From Rikenellaceae bacterium (GTDB lineage: Bacteria; Bacteroidota; Bacteroidia; Bacteroidales; Rikenellaceae), in NCBI GenBank assembly GCA_015060105.1, contig SUZD01000010.1, forward strand, positions 5,503 through 69,502: a stretch of 64,000 bases of DNA. Reading direction: 5' to 3'. A program made the position numbers and the translations under genes. Positions 36,235-44,790 of the stretch are shown here, one piece after another (the first letter of the stretch is position 1; each line of letters begins with the position of its first letter). The notes below the pieces were generated by a model. That model saw nothing but the letters and a program-made list of their open reading frames with translations, was not told the origin of the DNA and did no database searches.

Positions 36235-37278
36235 ATGAAACAGTTTAGACTCTTGATGCTGTGCGCTGTGGCCCTCGTTGGTTTGTCGGTGACGGCACAA
36301 ACACCGAACAAGTATGTGGTGTCGTTCTATAACTTCGAAAACCTTTTCGATACCATCAACGACCCCGACACCTATGACGAGGAGTTTACACCCAAAGGCC
36401 CGAAGGCTTGGAACTCCTACAAATATTACAAAAAACTCGGAAACCTCGAACAGGTTATCTTCGATATCGCCCGCTACAACGGAACATACCCCGCAGTGTT
36501 GGGTGTGTGCGAGGTCGAAAACCGTAACGTGTTGGAGGATTTCGTTGCGATGCCTAAACTCGCTCCCGCAGGCTATCGTATCGTACACTACGATTCGCCC
36601 GATGCCCGAGGAGTTGATGTCGCATTCTTCTATCGCCCCGACGTGTTCGAGTTGGAGGGTAGCAAGGCGCATAAACTGATTGTGCCCGAGTTGCCCAACT
36701 TCCGTACTCGTGACATTCTGACAATGTGGGGTAAGATTGAGGGAGAGCCTTTCTTTATGGCGGTGTGCCACTGGTCGAGCCGCTTGGGAGGACAGGCTGC
36801 GTCGGCGTTCAAACGTAACGCCGCAGGAGCTCAAATGCGCCAAATTGCCGACTCGGTATTGGCAGCCAACCCCGCCACCAAGATTATCTTTATGGGTGAC
36901 CTGAATGACGACCCCACCGACCCGAGTGTAAGGGAGTATTTGGGTGCGCGCGAGAACAAAAACAAACTCGTGGCAGGTGACCTCTATTCGCCCTTTATCG
37001 AGATGTTCAAGAAGGGCGAGGGTACGCTGGCTTATCAAGATGCGTGGAACTTGTTTGACAATATGATTGTCAGCGAAAACCTCGCAAACGGAACAACAGG
37101 TGCGCTACGCTTGACAAAGGCCGAGAAGGGTAAATACTATGGCAATATCTTCCGCGCAAGTTACCTCTTCCAAAAGGAGGGTCAGTATAAGGGTTATCCG
37201 TTGCGTACGTTTGTTAGTAACAACTTCCAATCGGGATATAGCGACCATATGCCCGTATATCTGCTAATTACGAAATAA
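36235..37278 (+). CDS. Endonuclease/exonuclease/phosphatase (EEP) family protein, secreted
   Basis: 347 aa with a signal peptide. It has SFYNFENLFD, GVCEVEN, GDLNDDP and the terminal SDHMPVY hallmark motifs of the EEP fold. Confidence 0.85.
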   Translation: MKQFRLLMLCAVALVGLSVTAQTPNKYVVSFYNFENLFDTINDPDTYDEEFTPKGPKAWNSYKYYKKLGNLEQVIFDIARYNGTYPAVLGVCEVENRNVLEDFVAMPKLAPAGYRIVHYDSPDARGVDVAFFYRPDVFELEGSKAHKLIVPELPNFRTRDILTMWGKIEGEPFFMAVCHWSSRLGGQAASAFKRNAAGAQMRQIADSVLAANPATKIIFMGDLNDDPTDPSVREYLGARENKNKLVAGDLYSPFIEMFKKGEGTLAYQDAWNLFDNMIVSENLANGTTGALRLTKAEKGKYYGNIFRASYLFQKEGQYKGYPLRTFVSNNFQSGYSDHMPVYLLITK

Positions 37279-37302
37279 TAACGCTCATACCTATTATAAT
37301 AT

Positions 37303-40227
37303 ATGAAGATAAACAGACTATTGGTTTTGGTTGCAGCACTGATGCTCGGCTTTGAGGCGATGGCTCAAAGTGGTGGCATTATGGGTCGCGTGGTTTCGCG
37401 CGGCGATCGTCAAGCTGTTGCCGGTGCAACCGTCACTGTCGAGCCCCTCGGAACATCGGTGGTGGTTCGTAATGATGGCTCGTTCACGCTCGGAGGACTC
37501 CAAGAGGGTGTCTATACCGTCAATGTCAAGGCCGAAGGCTATGAGCCCGAGAGCTATTTGGTGCGCGTGAAGGAGAATATGCGCGATATGAATATGTTGA
37601 TTTTGGTCCCAGCCGAATTGGAGTATATCAATGACGCACAAGAACTTATAGAGCTTGATGCCGAGGGCCTCGATGTGTTGAGTTATAACTCGCCCGTCGC
37701 TTCGTCCAAAGACCTGTTCTCGTACATCGGCGAGTACAATTTCAGCGAGATGCGTTTCAATGCTCGCGGTATCGATGGCGAGGACGTATATCTCAACGGT
37801 GTCTATCTTGGCGATGCGTTGAACGGCTATTCGCCCTGGTCGCTGTGGACAGGTTTGAATGACGCTACCCGTAACCAAGAGCACACTTCGGGCTTCAAAG
37901 CGGGCAACTATGGCGTTGGCGGAGCCGGTGGTTCGACCAACATCAATGCTCGTGCATCGCAGATGCGTAAGGGCTTCCGTGCCAGCCTTGTAAACTCGTC
38001 GGGTAGCTATCGTTTCCGCGTTATGGCAACCTACGCGTCGGGTATGCTCGACAATGGTTGGAGCTATGGTTTCTCGGTCTCGACCCGTCAAGGAAGCAAC
38101 TCGTGGGTTGATGGTGTCTATTACAACACTTGGGCCTACTTCGGCTCGGCCGAAAAACGCTGGGGTGACCGTCACAACTTGGCTTTGACAATCTTCGGAA
38201 CACCTACCCAACGAAGCGCGCAAATGGCCTCGACCGAGGAGGCATATAGCCTTTTGGGAAACAACTTCTATAACCCCAACTGGGGATACCTCAATGGCAA
38301 GATGCGTAACGCCCGTGTGCGTAACAACCACGAGCCCGTTGTAAACCTTGCTTATACCTACTCGGCACCCAACAAAAAGACTACAATGACCGCTTCGGCT
38401 GTTTATCGTTTTGGTCGCAACGGCTACTCGGCTCTTGATTGGTACAACGCCCAAGACCCCCGCCCCGACTACTATCGTAACCTGCCGAGTTTCTACCTCA
38501 ATGAGGGTCAGGGTAAGCGTTTCTTCCAACAAAATGCGGGTATGTACTCGATGGAAGAGTGGCAACAATGGGGTGAGTTCGACTCCTCGAACCCCGAGAA
38601 GTTTGCCCACCTTTATAACATCTGGTCGAGCGATAACCGCGCCTTCACCCAACTCGATTGGAATAGAATGTATAACATCAACCGAGGTTATACCAACAAC
38701 GACGACAATGTTATCCCCGATGGCGTTCAAGTCGGTCAAAGCCGTAGTAAATATGTCATCGAGGAGCGTCGTACCGACCAACAGGATTTCAATCTGAACT
38801 ACAAAATAGACCACCGTTTCTCGCAAAACCATAGTGTTACGGGAGGTGTGTCGTATCGTATGAACCGTACCGAGTATTACAAGATTCTCAAAGACCTGCT
38901 CGGTGGTTCGTATTGGATTGATATCGACCAATATGCCGACCGCGACTTCGGCGACGACCAATCGATGCAGAATGACTTGGCTCGCCCCAACCGCGCTGTG
39001 TATGAGGGCGATAAATATGGCTACGACTACTATGCACATATTCACAAGGCGCGTCTGTGGGGTGCCTATAACTATAACTCGTCGCTCGTAAATGCCTATG
39101 CTGCCGCCGAGATTGGTTATACATCATTCTGGCGCGAAGGTTTGGTCGAGAAAGGTCTGTTCCCCACTGCAAATGCCAAGAATGTGGGAGAAACATCGCT
39201 CGGTTGCTCCGAGAAACAAAACTTCCTCACATACCGAATTAAAGCGGGTGCCGATTTCAAAGTCGATGGCCGTAATACTATCGGAGTCAATGGTTTCTAT
39301 CTGAATGACGCCCCCTATTTCCAATACTCGTTTGTGTCGCCCCGTACCCGTAATGCCGTTACCCCGGGCTTGACTACCGAGAAATATTATGGTGGCGAGG
39401 TTACCTATACCGCAAACTACTCGTTTATGAAGTTGCGTTTGGCTGGTTACTTCGTGCAGAACAACGACCAAGTTAAGGTTATAAGCTTCTATGACGATGT
39501 AAATCGCGCGTTTACCAACTTTGCGATGAGCGGAATCGACCAACGCCACGCCGGTGTCGAGTTTGCTGTTTCGGTGCCCATCGCAGTCGGCATCTCGTTT
39601 GAGGGAGCTGTCAATTATGGCGACTATGTCTATACTTCGGATCCTCTTGTAACACAAACCGTTGATAACAACGCCAAAGCGGTGTTGGAGAATGCTCGCG
39701 TATATTACAAAGGACTCAAAGTCGAGAGCACTCCCCAAACCGCAGCAACGCTCGGTTTCGACTATAAAGGCCCCAATAGTTGGTATGCAGGTATCAATGT
39801 AAACCTCTATGACCGTACCTATTTGTCGATGAACCCGTTGTATCGTACCAAAGCCGCCCTCACAGGTCGTGCGCAGTTCGACTCCGAAGGCAATATTGCT
39901 TGGGACAAAATGGACGAGGCACAAACCACTTGGACTCGCGAGATGATGGGTCAAGAGGAGGTTACAGGTTATGGCAACTGCCCTATCAACTGGACCCTGA
40001 ATGCCAATGTCAGCAAGGTGTGGAGTATCAAACGCAAATACCAACTCGGCGTAAGTCTTGAACTGAAAAACATAACCAACAACAAGCACTTGCGTACGGG
40101 TGGTTATGAGCAAACTCGTCTGCGCGAGACGACCGAGAATGGTCTGTTGCAGTACAACAAGTATGCGTCAAAATACTTCTACCTCTACGGTTTCAACTAC
40201 TATCTGAATATCTACTTCCGATTCTAA
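37303..40227 (+). CDS. TonB-dependent receptor with carboxypeptidase-regulatory-like N-domain
   Basis: 974 aa. After the signal comes GIMGRVVSRGDRQAVAGATVTV...NDGSF.L..L..G.Y, then a plug region and a long beta-barrel ending in YFRF (terminal Phe). Confidence 0.9.
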   Translation: MKINRLLVLVAALMLGFEAMAQSGGIMGRVVSRGDRQAVAGATVTVEPLGTSVVVRNDGSFTLGGLQEGVYTVNVKAEGYEPESYLVRVKENMRDMNMLILVPAELEYINDAQELIELDAEGLDVLSYNSPVASSKDLFSYIGEYNFSEMRFNARGIDGEDVYLNGVYLGDALNGYSPWSLWTGLNDATRNQEHTSGFKAGNYGVGGAGGSTNINARASQMRKGFRASLVNSSGSYRFRVMATYASGMLDNGWSYGFSVSTRQGSNSWVDGVYYNTWAYFGSAEKRWGDRHNLALTIFGTPTQRSAQMASTEEAYSLLGNNFYNPNWGYLNGKMRNARVRNNHEPVVNLAYTYSAPNKKTTMTASAVYRFGRNGYSALDWYNAQDPRPDYYRNLPSFYLNEGQGKRFFQQNAGMYSMEEWQQWGEFDSSNPEKFAHLYNIWSSDNRAFTQLDWNRMYNINRGYTNNDDNVIPDGVQVGQSRSKYVIEERRTDQQDFNLNYKIDHRFSQNHSVTGGVSYRMNRTEYYKILKDLLGGSYWIDIDQYADRDFGDDQSMQNDLARPNRAVYEGDKYGYDYYAHIHKARLWGAYNYNSSLVNAYAAAEIGYTSFWREGLVEKGLFPTANAKNVGETSLGCSEKQNFLTYRIKAGADFKVDGRNTIGVNGFYLNDAPYFQYSFVSPRTRNAVTPGLTTEKYYGGEVTYTANYSFMKLRLAGYFVQNNDQVKVISFYDDVNRAFTNFAMSGIDQRHAGVEFAVSVPIAVGISFEGAVNYGDYVYTSDPLVTQTVDNNAKAVLENARVYYKGLKVESTPQTAATLGFDYKGPNSWYAGINVNLYDRTYLSMNPLYRTKAALTGRAQFDSEGNIAWDKMDEAQTTWTREMMGQEEVTGYGNCPINWTLNANVSKVWSIKRKYQLGVSLELKNITNNKHLRTGGYEQTRLRETTENGLLQYNKYASKYFYLYGFNYYLNIYFRF

Positions 40228-40234
40228 TAAGACT

Positions 40235-41449
40235 ATGAGATTCAATAAGATACTTTTTGCTTCGGCATTGGCTCTGTTGAGCCTGTCGGTAAGCAGTTGT
40301 TACGAGAAGTTCGAAACACCGAGCGCCAAGCCCGTTTACACCTCCGAGGACTTCGCCGATATGGACCACTTGACCATCAAAGAGGTTAAGGATTTGTTCT
40401 ATGCGGAGTACACAATGGGAAGTACGGGTGTGGGCAAGAGCCTCACTTTGGACGAGGCGTTCTGGCAAGGCAAAGATATGGCCGACACCAAACACTATAT
40501 CTCGGGAAAGGTTATCAGCTCCGATGTCGAGGGTAATGTCTATAAAACCCTCTATATCCAAGACGAAACGGCCGCTATCGAGATTAAGTTGGGTAAGACC
40601 AATATCACCAACGAGATGCGCCCCGGTATGCGCGTGTTTGTGAAGATTGACGACCTCTGCATCGGCTCCTATCGCTATATGTTGAGCCTCGGACTCACTC
40701 CGAGTGAGGACGATATTGCCAACAAATACGCGAACTCCAATATGGACCTGCAAGAGATTATCAATGCACACGTATTTGTGGGCGAAATGGAGGGTTTGAC
40801 CGCCGCCGATACTCTTGTGGTTAGCGAGGGTACCCAACTCTCCGATTACGATTTGGGCCGTTTGGTGCGCTTCGAGAAACTGACCTCGACCTATGGCCGC
40901 TATAAAGGCGACTATGGCGAGGGTTATAGCAGCAGCGATGTCTATCCTTCGTACCTCGAAAGCAAAACCGACGAGAGCGGCGAAGATGTCTATAACAACT
41001 GGACATACGACCAAGTTATCACTGCCTGGAAGGAGTATTACAAGGCCGATAGCGTTTACAAAATCGAGATGGAGAACTACGCTAAACTCATCGAGGAGTG
41101 GCGCAAAGAGCTCGAAACCAACCCCTCGGCCGTAATGCCTACCGCTCCCAATATGCCCGCCGTTCCCAAATACGACGAGCCGAGCACCCTTGAATACCCC
41201 ACTTGGGCATTCAATAATGGTCTGCAACGCTACTATGGTTCGGCTCTCTTCCTGTTGGGCGCCGAGGAGTACCCCTATGTTGTGCGTTCGAGCGGCTATG
41301 CCAAATTTGCGCAACGCGAGCTTACACCCGACGGCAAGAGCATACAACTGACAGCCCTCTACTGCAAGTATTGTTCGAGCAGTGGTGGTTACGTCAAATA
41401 TCAGTTGTTGGTTAATAAGTGGGCGGATATCGTTCCCCTCGACTATTAA
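40235..41449 (+). CDS. Lipoprotein in the SusD position but unrelated to SusD; DUF5689-like (OB-type barrel) N-domain
   Basis: 404 aa with lipobox VSSC, starting 7 nt after the TBDR gene. ISGKVISSDVEGNVYKTLYIQDETAAIEIKL..GMRVFVKIDDL matches the pattern of the modules in the giant protein. The family name is from memory. Confidence 0.7.
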   Translation: MRFNKILFASALALLSLSVSSCYEKFETPSAKPVYTSEDFADMDHLTIKEVKDLFYAEYTMGSTGVGKSLTLDEAFWQGKDMADTKHYISGKVISSDVEGNVYKTLYIQDETAAIEIKLGKTNITNEMRPGMRVFVKIDDLCIGSYRYMLSLGLTPSEDDIANKYANSNMDLQEIINAHVFVGEMEGLTAADTLVVSEGTQLSDYDLGRLVRFEKLTSTYGRYKGDYGEGYSSSDVYPSYLESKTDESGEDVYNNWTYDQVITAWKEYYKADSVYKIEMENYAKLIEEWRKELETNPSAVMPTAPNMPAVPKYDEPSTLEYPTWAFNNGLQRYYGSALFLLGAEEYPYVVRSSGYAKFAQRELTPDGKSIQLTALYCKYCSSSGGYVKYQLLVNKWADIVPLDY

Positions 41450-41692
41450 CCGAAGCCTTAACGAAGCCGCATAATTAGGTGATTTCGGCGTTATGCTTGG
41501 GGCTCAAATGCTCACATACGATTAGTATGCTGCGCTTTGAGCCCCTTCGCATGCCTTGAACTCCCACTAATTATGCGACTTCGCGGTGATGTTTTGGGCG
41601 GGCGTAGTCCTCACATACGCAACGTGTGCTGTGGCTCCCAGCGTTTTGCATGCCTTGAACTCCCGCTAATTATGCGACTTCGCGGTGATGTT
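41450..41692 (+). repeat. Nested-hairpin intergenic repeat, locus C (two tandem units), subfamily 2
   Basis: It starts directly after the TAA of the preceding gene. Unit 1 has the middle stem GGGGCTCAAA/TTTGAGCCCC. Unit 2 is degenerate and shares the right arm CTAATTATGCGACTTCGCGGTGATG. Confidence 0.9.
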
Positions 41693-41738
41693 TAGGAGGA
41701 GTAACACCTTGCCCGCCGACCTGCATTTTGCAATGAAT

Positions 41739-41775
41739 AAAAGGTTGTCCTATGGTGCAGGGCAACCTTTTATTG
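41739..41775 (+). terminator. Rho-independent terminator of the nuclease/TBDR operon
   Basis: 12-bp stem AAAAGGTTGTCC/GGGCAACCTTTT (one G-U pair) followed by a T-rich tail. Confidence 0.7.
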
Positions 41776-41843
41776 TGCAAATAAAATAGTGGGGCGGGGT
41801 AGTGCGTTATAGGGGTGGATTAGGATTTCTAAAAATAGAATTG

Positions 41844-41851
41844 TATATTTG
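41844..41851 (+). promoter_or_regulatory. Candidate -7 box TAtaTTTG only 6 nt before the ATG at 41858
   Basis: Exact TAnnTTTG match. It implies a leaderless or very short-leader mRNA, or use of a downstream ATG. Confidence 0.35.
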
Positions 41852-41857
41852 TGGGCT

Positions 41858-42607
41858 ATGAGTAAGTTGCGTAAAATAGTTATGCGTCTGATGGTTGCCG
41901 TTGTTGTGGCCCTCGGAGCTTTGTCGTTGAGTGGTTGTCACGATTTGGAGTACGTTCACGAAGACAGTTATGTTCTCTTCTGGCGCAAGGCACAGCCAGC
42001 TTTGGCCTACAAGCGTCCCGACAATCTTTCGACATTTACCGCCTATATCAAACTGATGTTTTGGGGTCGTGAGCCCGAGTATGCAGCCACCTACTCATCG
42101 AACGAGGCCAAGTACGAGCAACTGTGTGCAAAGTATGGCGATGTGCATTTCAAAGGCACACGCAAGGTGCTGACCGAGCACCCTGCATACGAGTACACCT
42201 CGACCGATTTGAGTTTCTCGGCGATGGATATAACCATCGACAAAGAGGTCACTTACAGCGGTACTACATACGCTGCGGGCGAGTCGCTGGCCGAGGTAAC
42301 GCAGATTACCTACACCACACTCAAACGCTACATCGACAACGGCTACAAGGGTTTGCCCGATGCCGACTACTCGGCCATTACCGAGGTTGATGACCGTATG
42401 TTCCTCTATGGCTACGAGAAGGTTACAAAGCGTGTTGCGGACCTTACCACTACCGATTTGCAGATGGTGGGACCCTACGCCCGTATCTCGTGGATTTCCA
42501 AGACCAAGGTGCCTTCGCTTTACAATATGACACTTACACTGACCGACGAGTATGGCGTCAAACACGTATGCGAGCTCTCGGTTGACCCCTTCAATATTGA
42601 GTATTAA
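41858..42607 (+). CDS. Hypothetical lipoprotein
   Basis: 249 aa with MSKLRKIV..LSLSGC lipobox and no recognisable domain. The track start 41849 is GTG. Confidence 0.6.
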   Translation: MSKLRKIVMRLMVAVVVALGALSLSGCHDLEYVHEDSYVLFWRKAQPALAYKRPDNLSTFTAYIKLMFWGREPEYAATYSSNEAKYEQLCAKYGDVHFKGTRKVLTEHPAYEYTSTDLSFSAMDITIDKEVTYSGTTYAAGESLAEVTQITYTTLKRYIDNGYKGLPDADYSAITEVDDRMFLYGYEKVTKRVADLTTTDLQMVGPYARISWISKTKVPSLYNMTLTLTDEYGVKHVCELSVDPFNIEY

Positions 42608-42654
42608 CAAAGTTGCCCGAAGTTGTTTGGGCGATTCAAAACACCGTATTTCCG

Positions 42655-44790
42655 ATGAAAAAATACATCTCACTGCTATCGATGCTCATCTGTGGCCTTA
42701 TGGCGATGGCGCAAACCAACCCCGTTAAGTGGAGTGCCTCGCTCCAAAAGGTCGATGATGCAACCTATCAGGTTGTCGTTGAAGCTGCGATAGGCCGCTC
42801 GTTCCATATCTACGATATGGGCCCCTACGACGATGTGACTGCAACCGCCATTACGTTTGAGCCGAGTGAGGGCTATGAACTTGTGGGCGAGGTTGTGCCG
42901 TCGGTTGAGCCGAAAGTCGCCTTTGACGAGGTGTTCGGACACGATGTGGGTACTTGGGAGGGTCGTGTGCGCTTTGTGCAAACGGTGCGTCCCCGCAACA
43001 ATACCGATATTAAGTTCAGCGTCGAGTGGATGGCTTGTAACGAGGGCTCGTGTATTCCCCCTGCCGAGAAGAGTTTTACCCTCGAAATCAAGGATTTTGT
43101 TGCTCCCGTAGCGGTGTTGCCGTCGGAGCCGCAACGCATACGAACAATCGCAGCAATGAAGGTCGAGCCGACCGCCAAAACCGAACAAACAGCTCCGACA
43201 ACCGCCCCTGCGCAAGAGCAAAAGGTGGATATTCCGCTTGTTCCCCTCACCGAGGCCGAGCCTGTCGAGGAGAGTACCGAAGAGGTGGCGGAGAGCGCAC
43301 CCGAAAGTGTTGTGGAGAGTGTCGAAGAGCCAACTGCCGAGAGTGGTCACTCCATTTGGGCAGTGATTGTCGAGGCGGTGTTGTGGGGTTTTGCCGCACT
43401 GCTTACTCCGTGCGTGTTCCCTATGGTGCCGATGACCGTGTCGTTCTTCATCAAGGGTGCCGAGAATAAGCGTCGTGGTCGCTTCAAAGCGTTTATGTAT
43501 GGACTTTTTATTGTCTTGCTCTATACCCTGCCCATTGCCGTTATCATTCTCGCAACGCGAGTGATTGGCGGCGAGGCGGTAACCTCGGATATATTTAACT
43601 GGCTGGCAACACATTGGCTGCCCAATATCGTATTCTTCGTTGTGTTTATGATTTTCGCCGCATCGTTCTTTGGCGCGTTCGAGATTGTTATGCCGAGTTC
43701 GCTGGTCAATAAGGCGGACAAGGGTAGCGAGCGAGGAGGCTTGGGTGGTCTGTTCTTTATGGCTTTGACGCTGGTGTTGGTGTCGTTCTCGTGTACAGGC
43801 CCAATCGTTGGTACGGTTATCGTGAAGGCGACATCGGGCGAGTTCTGGGAGCCTATTGTGACGATGCTGGCATTCTCGGTGGCGTTTGCTCTGCCGTTTA
43901 CACTGCTGGCTCTGTTCCCGTCGTTGCTCAAAAATCTGCCCAAAAGTGGCGGCTGGTTGAACTCGGTGAAGGTCGTTCTCGGCTTTGTCGAGGTGGCCTT
44001 GGGATTCAAATTCCTCAGCGTTGCCGACCAAACATACCATTGGGGTCTGCTCGACCGCGAGGTCTATTTGGCAATTTGGATTGTGGTGTTCACCATGTTG
44101 GGCTTCTACCTGCTTGGCAAGATTCGCTTTGCCCACGACTCCGAGGTTAAATCGGTGGGCGTTGTGCGATTGTCGTTGGCTATTGCCGTGTTCTCGTTTG
44201 TGGTCTATATGGTGCCGGGAATGTGGGGCGCACCGCTCAAAGCGTTGTCGGGCTATCTACCCCCGATTTCGACCCAAGATTTTGTTATGGGTAGCGCACC
44301 TGTGGTCGAGACGGCCGAGAGCAATGGAGCCAAATACTCCGATGTTCTGCACCTGCCTCACGGTTTGCAGGGATACTTCGACATCGAGGAGGGTTTGGAG
44401 GCTGCCCGCCGCGAAAACAAACCCGTGTTCCTCGATTTTACGGGCCACGGTTGCGTGAACTGTCGTGAGATGGAGGCGCGCGTATGGTCCGATCAACGAG
44501 TGCTTGACCTGCTCGGCGAGTATATTATCATCGCTCTGTACTCCGACGATAAACTCGCTCTGCCCGAGAGCGAATGGATAACCACCGAGGGTGGCAAAAC
44601 GCTGAAAAGTATCGGCAAGAAAAACTCCTATATCGTGAATACGCGCTATGGCGTAAGTTCGCAACCCGCCTATCTGTTGCTCGATGCCGAGGGCCGTCAG
44701 ATTGTTCCGACGCGAGGCTACGATTTGAGCGTCGAGGGGTATGTGGACTTCCTCGAAGAGGGTATCGAAACCTATAAAAACCGTAAGTAA
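42655..44790 (+). CDS. dsbD: DsbD-like thiol:disulfide interchange protein (N-terminal DsbD-alpha-like, CcdA-type TM core, C-terminal thioredoxin)
   Basis: 711 aa from the ATG at 42655. TM-core motifs LLTPCVFPMVP and SFSCTGPIVG, C-terminal FLDFTGHGCVNCREME, and an acidic E/P/T-rich linker after the N-domain. Confidence 0.85.
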   Translation: MKKYISLLSMLICGLMAMAQTNPVKWSASLQKVDDATYQVVVEAAIGRSFHIYDMGPYDDVTATAITFEPSEGYELVGEVVPSVEPKVAFDEVFGHDVGTWEGRVRFVQTVRPRNNTDIKFSVEWMACNEGSCIPPAEKSFTLEIKDFVAPVAVLPSEPQRIRTIAAMKVEPTAKTEQTAPTTAPAQEQKVDIPLVPLTEAEPVEESTEEVAESAPESVVESVEEPTAESGHSIWAVIVEAVLWGFAALLTPCVFPMVPMTVSFFIKGAENKRRGRFKAFMYGLFIVLLYTLPIAVIILATRVIGGEAVTSDIFNWLATHWLPNIVFFVVFMIFAASFFGAFEIVMPSSLVNKADKGSERGGLGGLFFMALTLVLVSFSCTGPIVGTVIVKATSGEFWEPIVTMLAFSVAFALPFTLLALFPSLLKNLPKSGGWLNSVKVVLGFVEVALGFKFLSVADQTYHWGLLDREVYLAIWIVVFTMLGFYLLGKIRFAHDSEVKSVGVVRLSLAIAVFSFVVYMVPGMWGAPLKALSGYLPPISTQDFVMGSAPVVETAESNGAKYSDVLHLPHGLQGYFDIEEGLEAARRENKPVFLDFTGHGCVNCREMEARVWSDQRVLDLLGEYIIIALYSDDKLALPESEWITTEGGKTLKSIGKKNSYIVNTRYGVSSQPAYLLLDAEGRQIVPTRGYDLSVEGYVDFLEEGIETYKNRK

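Noticed and set aside
41450-41692. CRISPR array interpretation of the tandem repeat units
   Set aside because: There are only two units per locus with no unique spacers of regular length. The units are about 110-120 nt and are themselves long hairpins. There are no cas genes.
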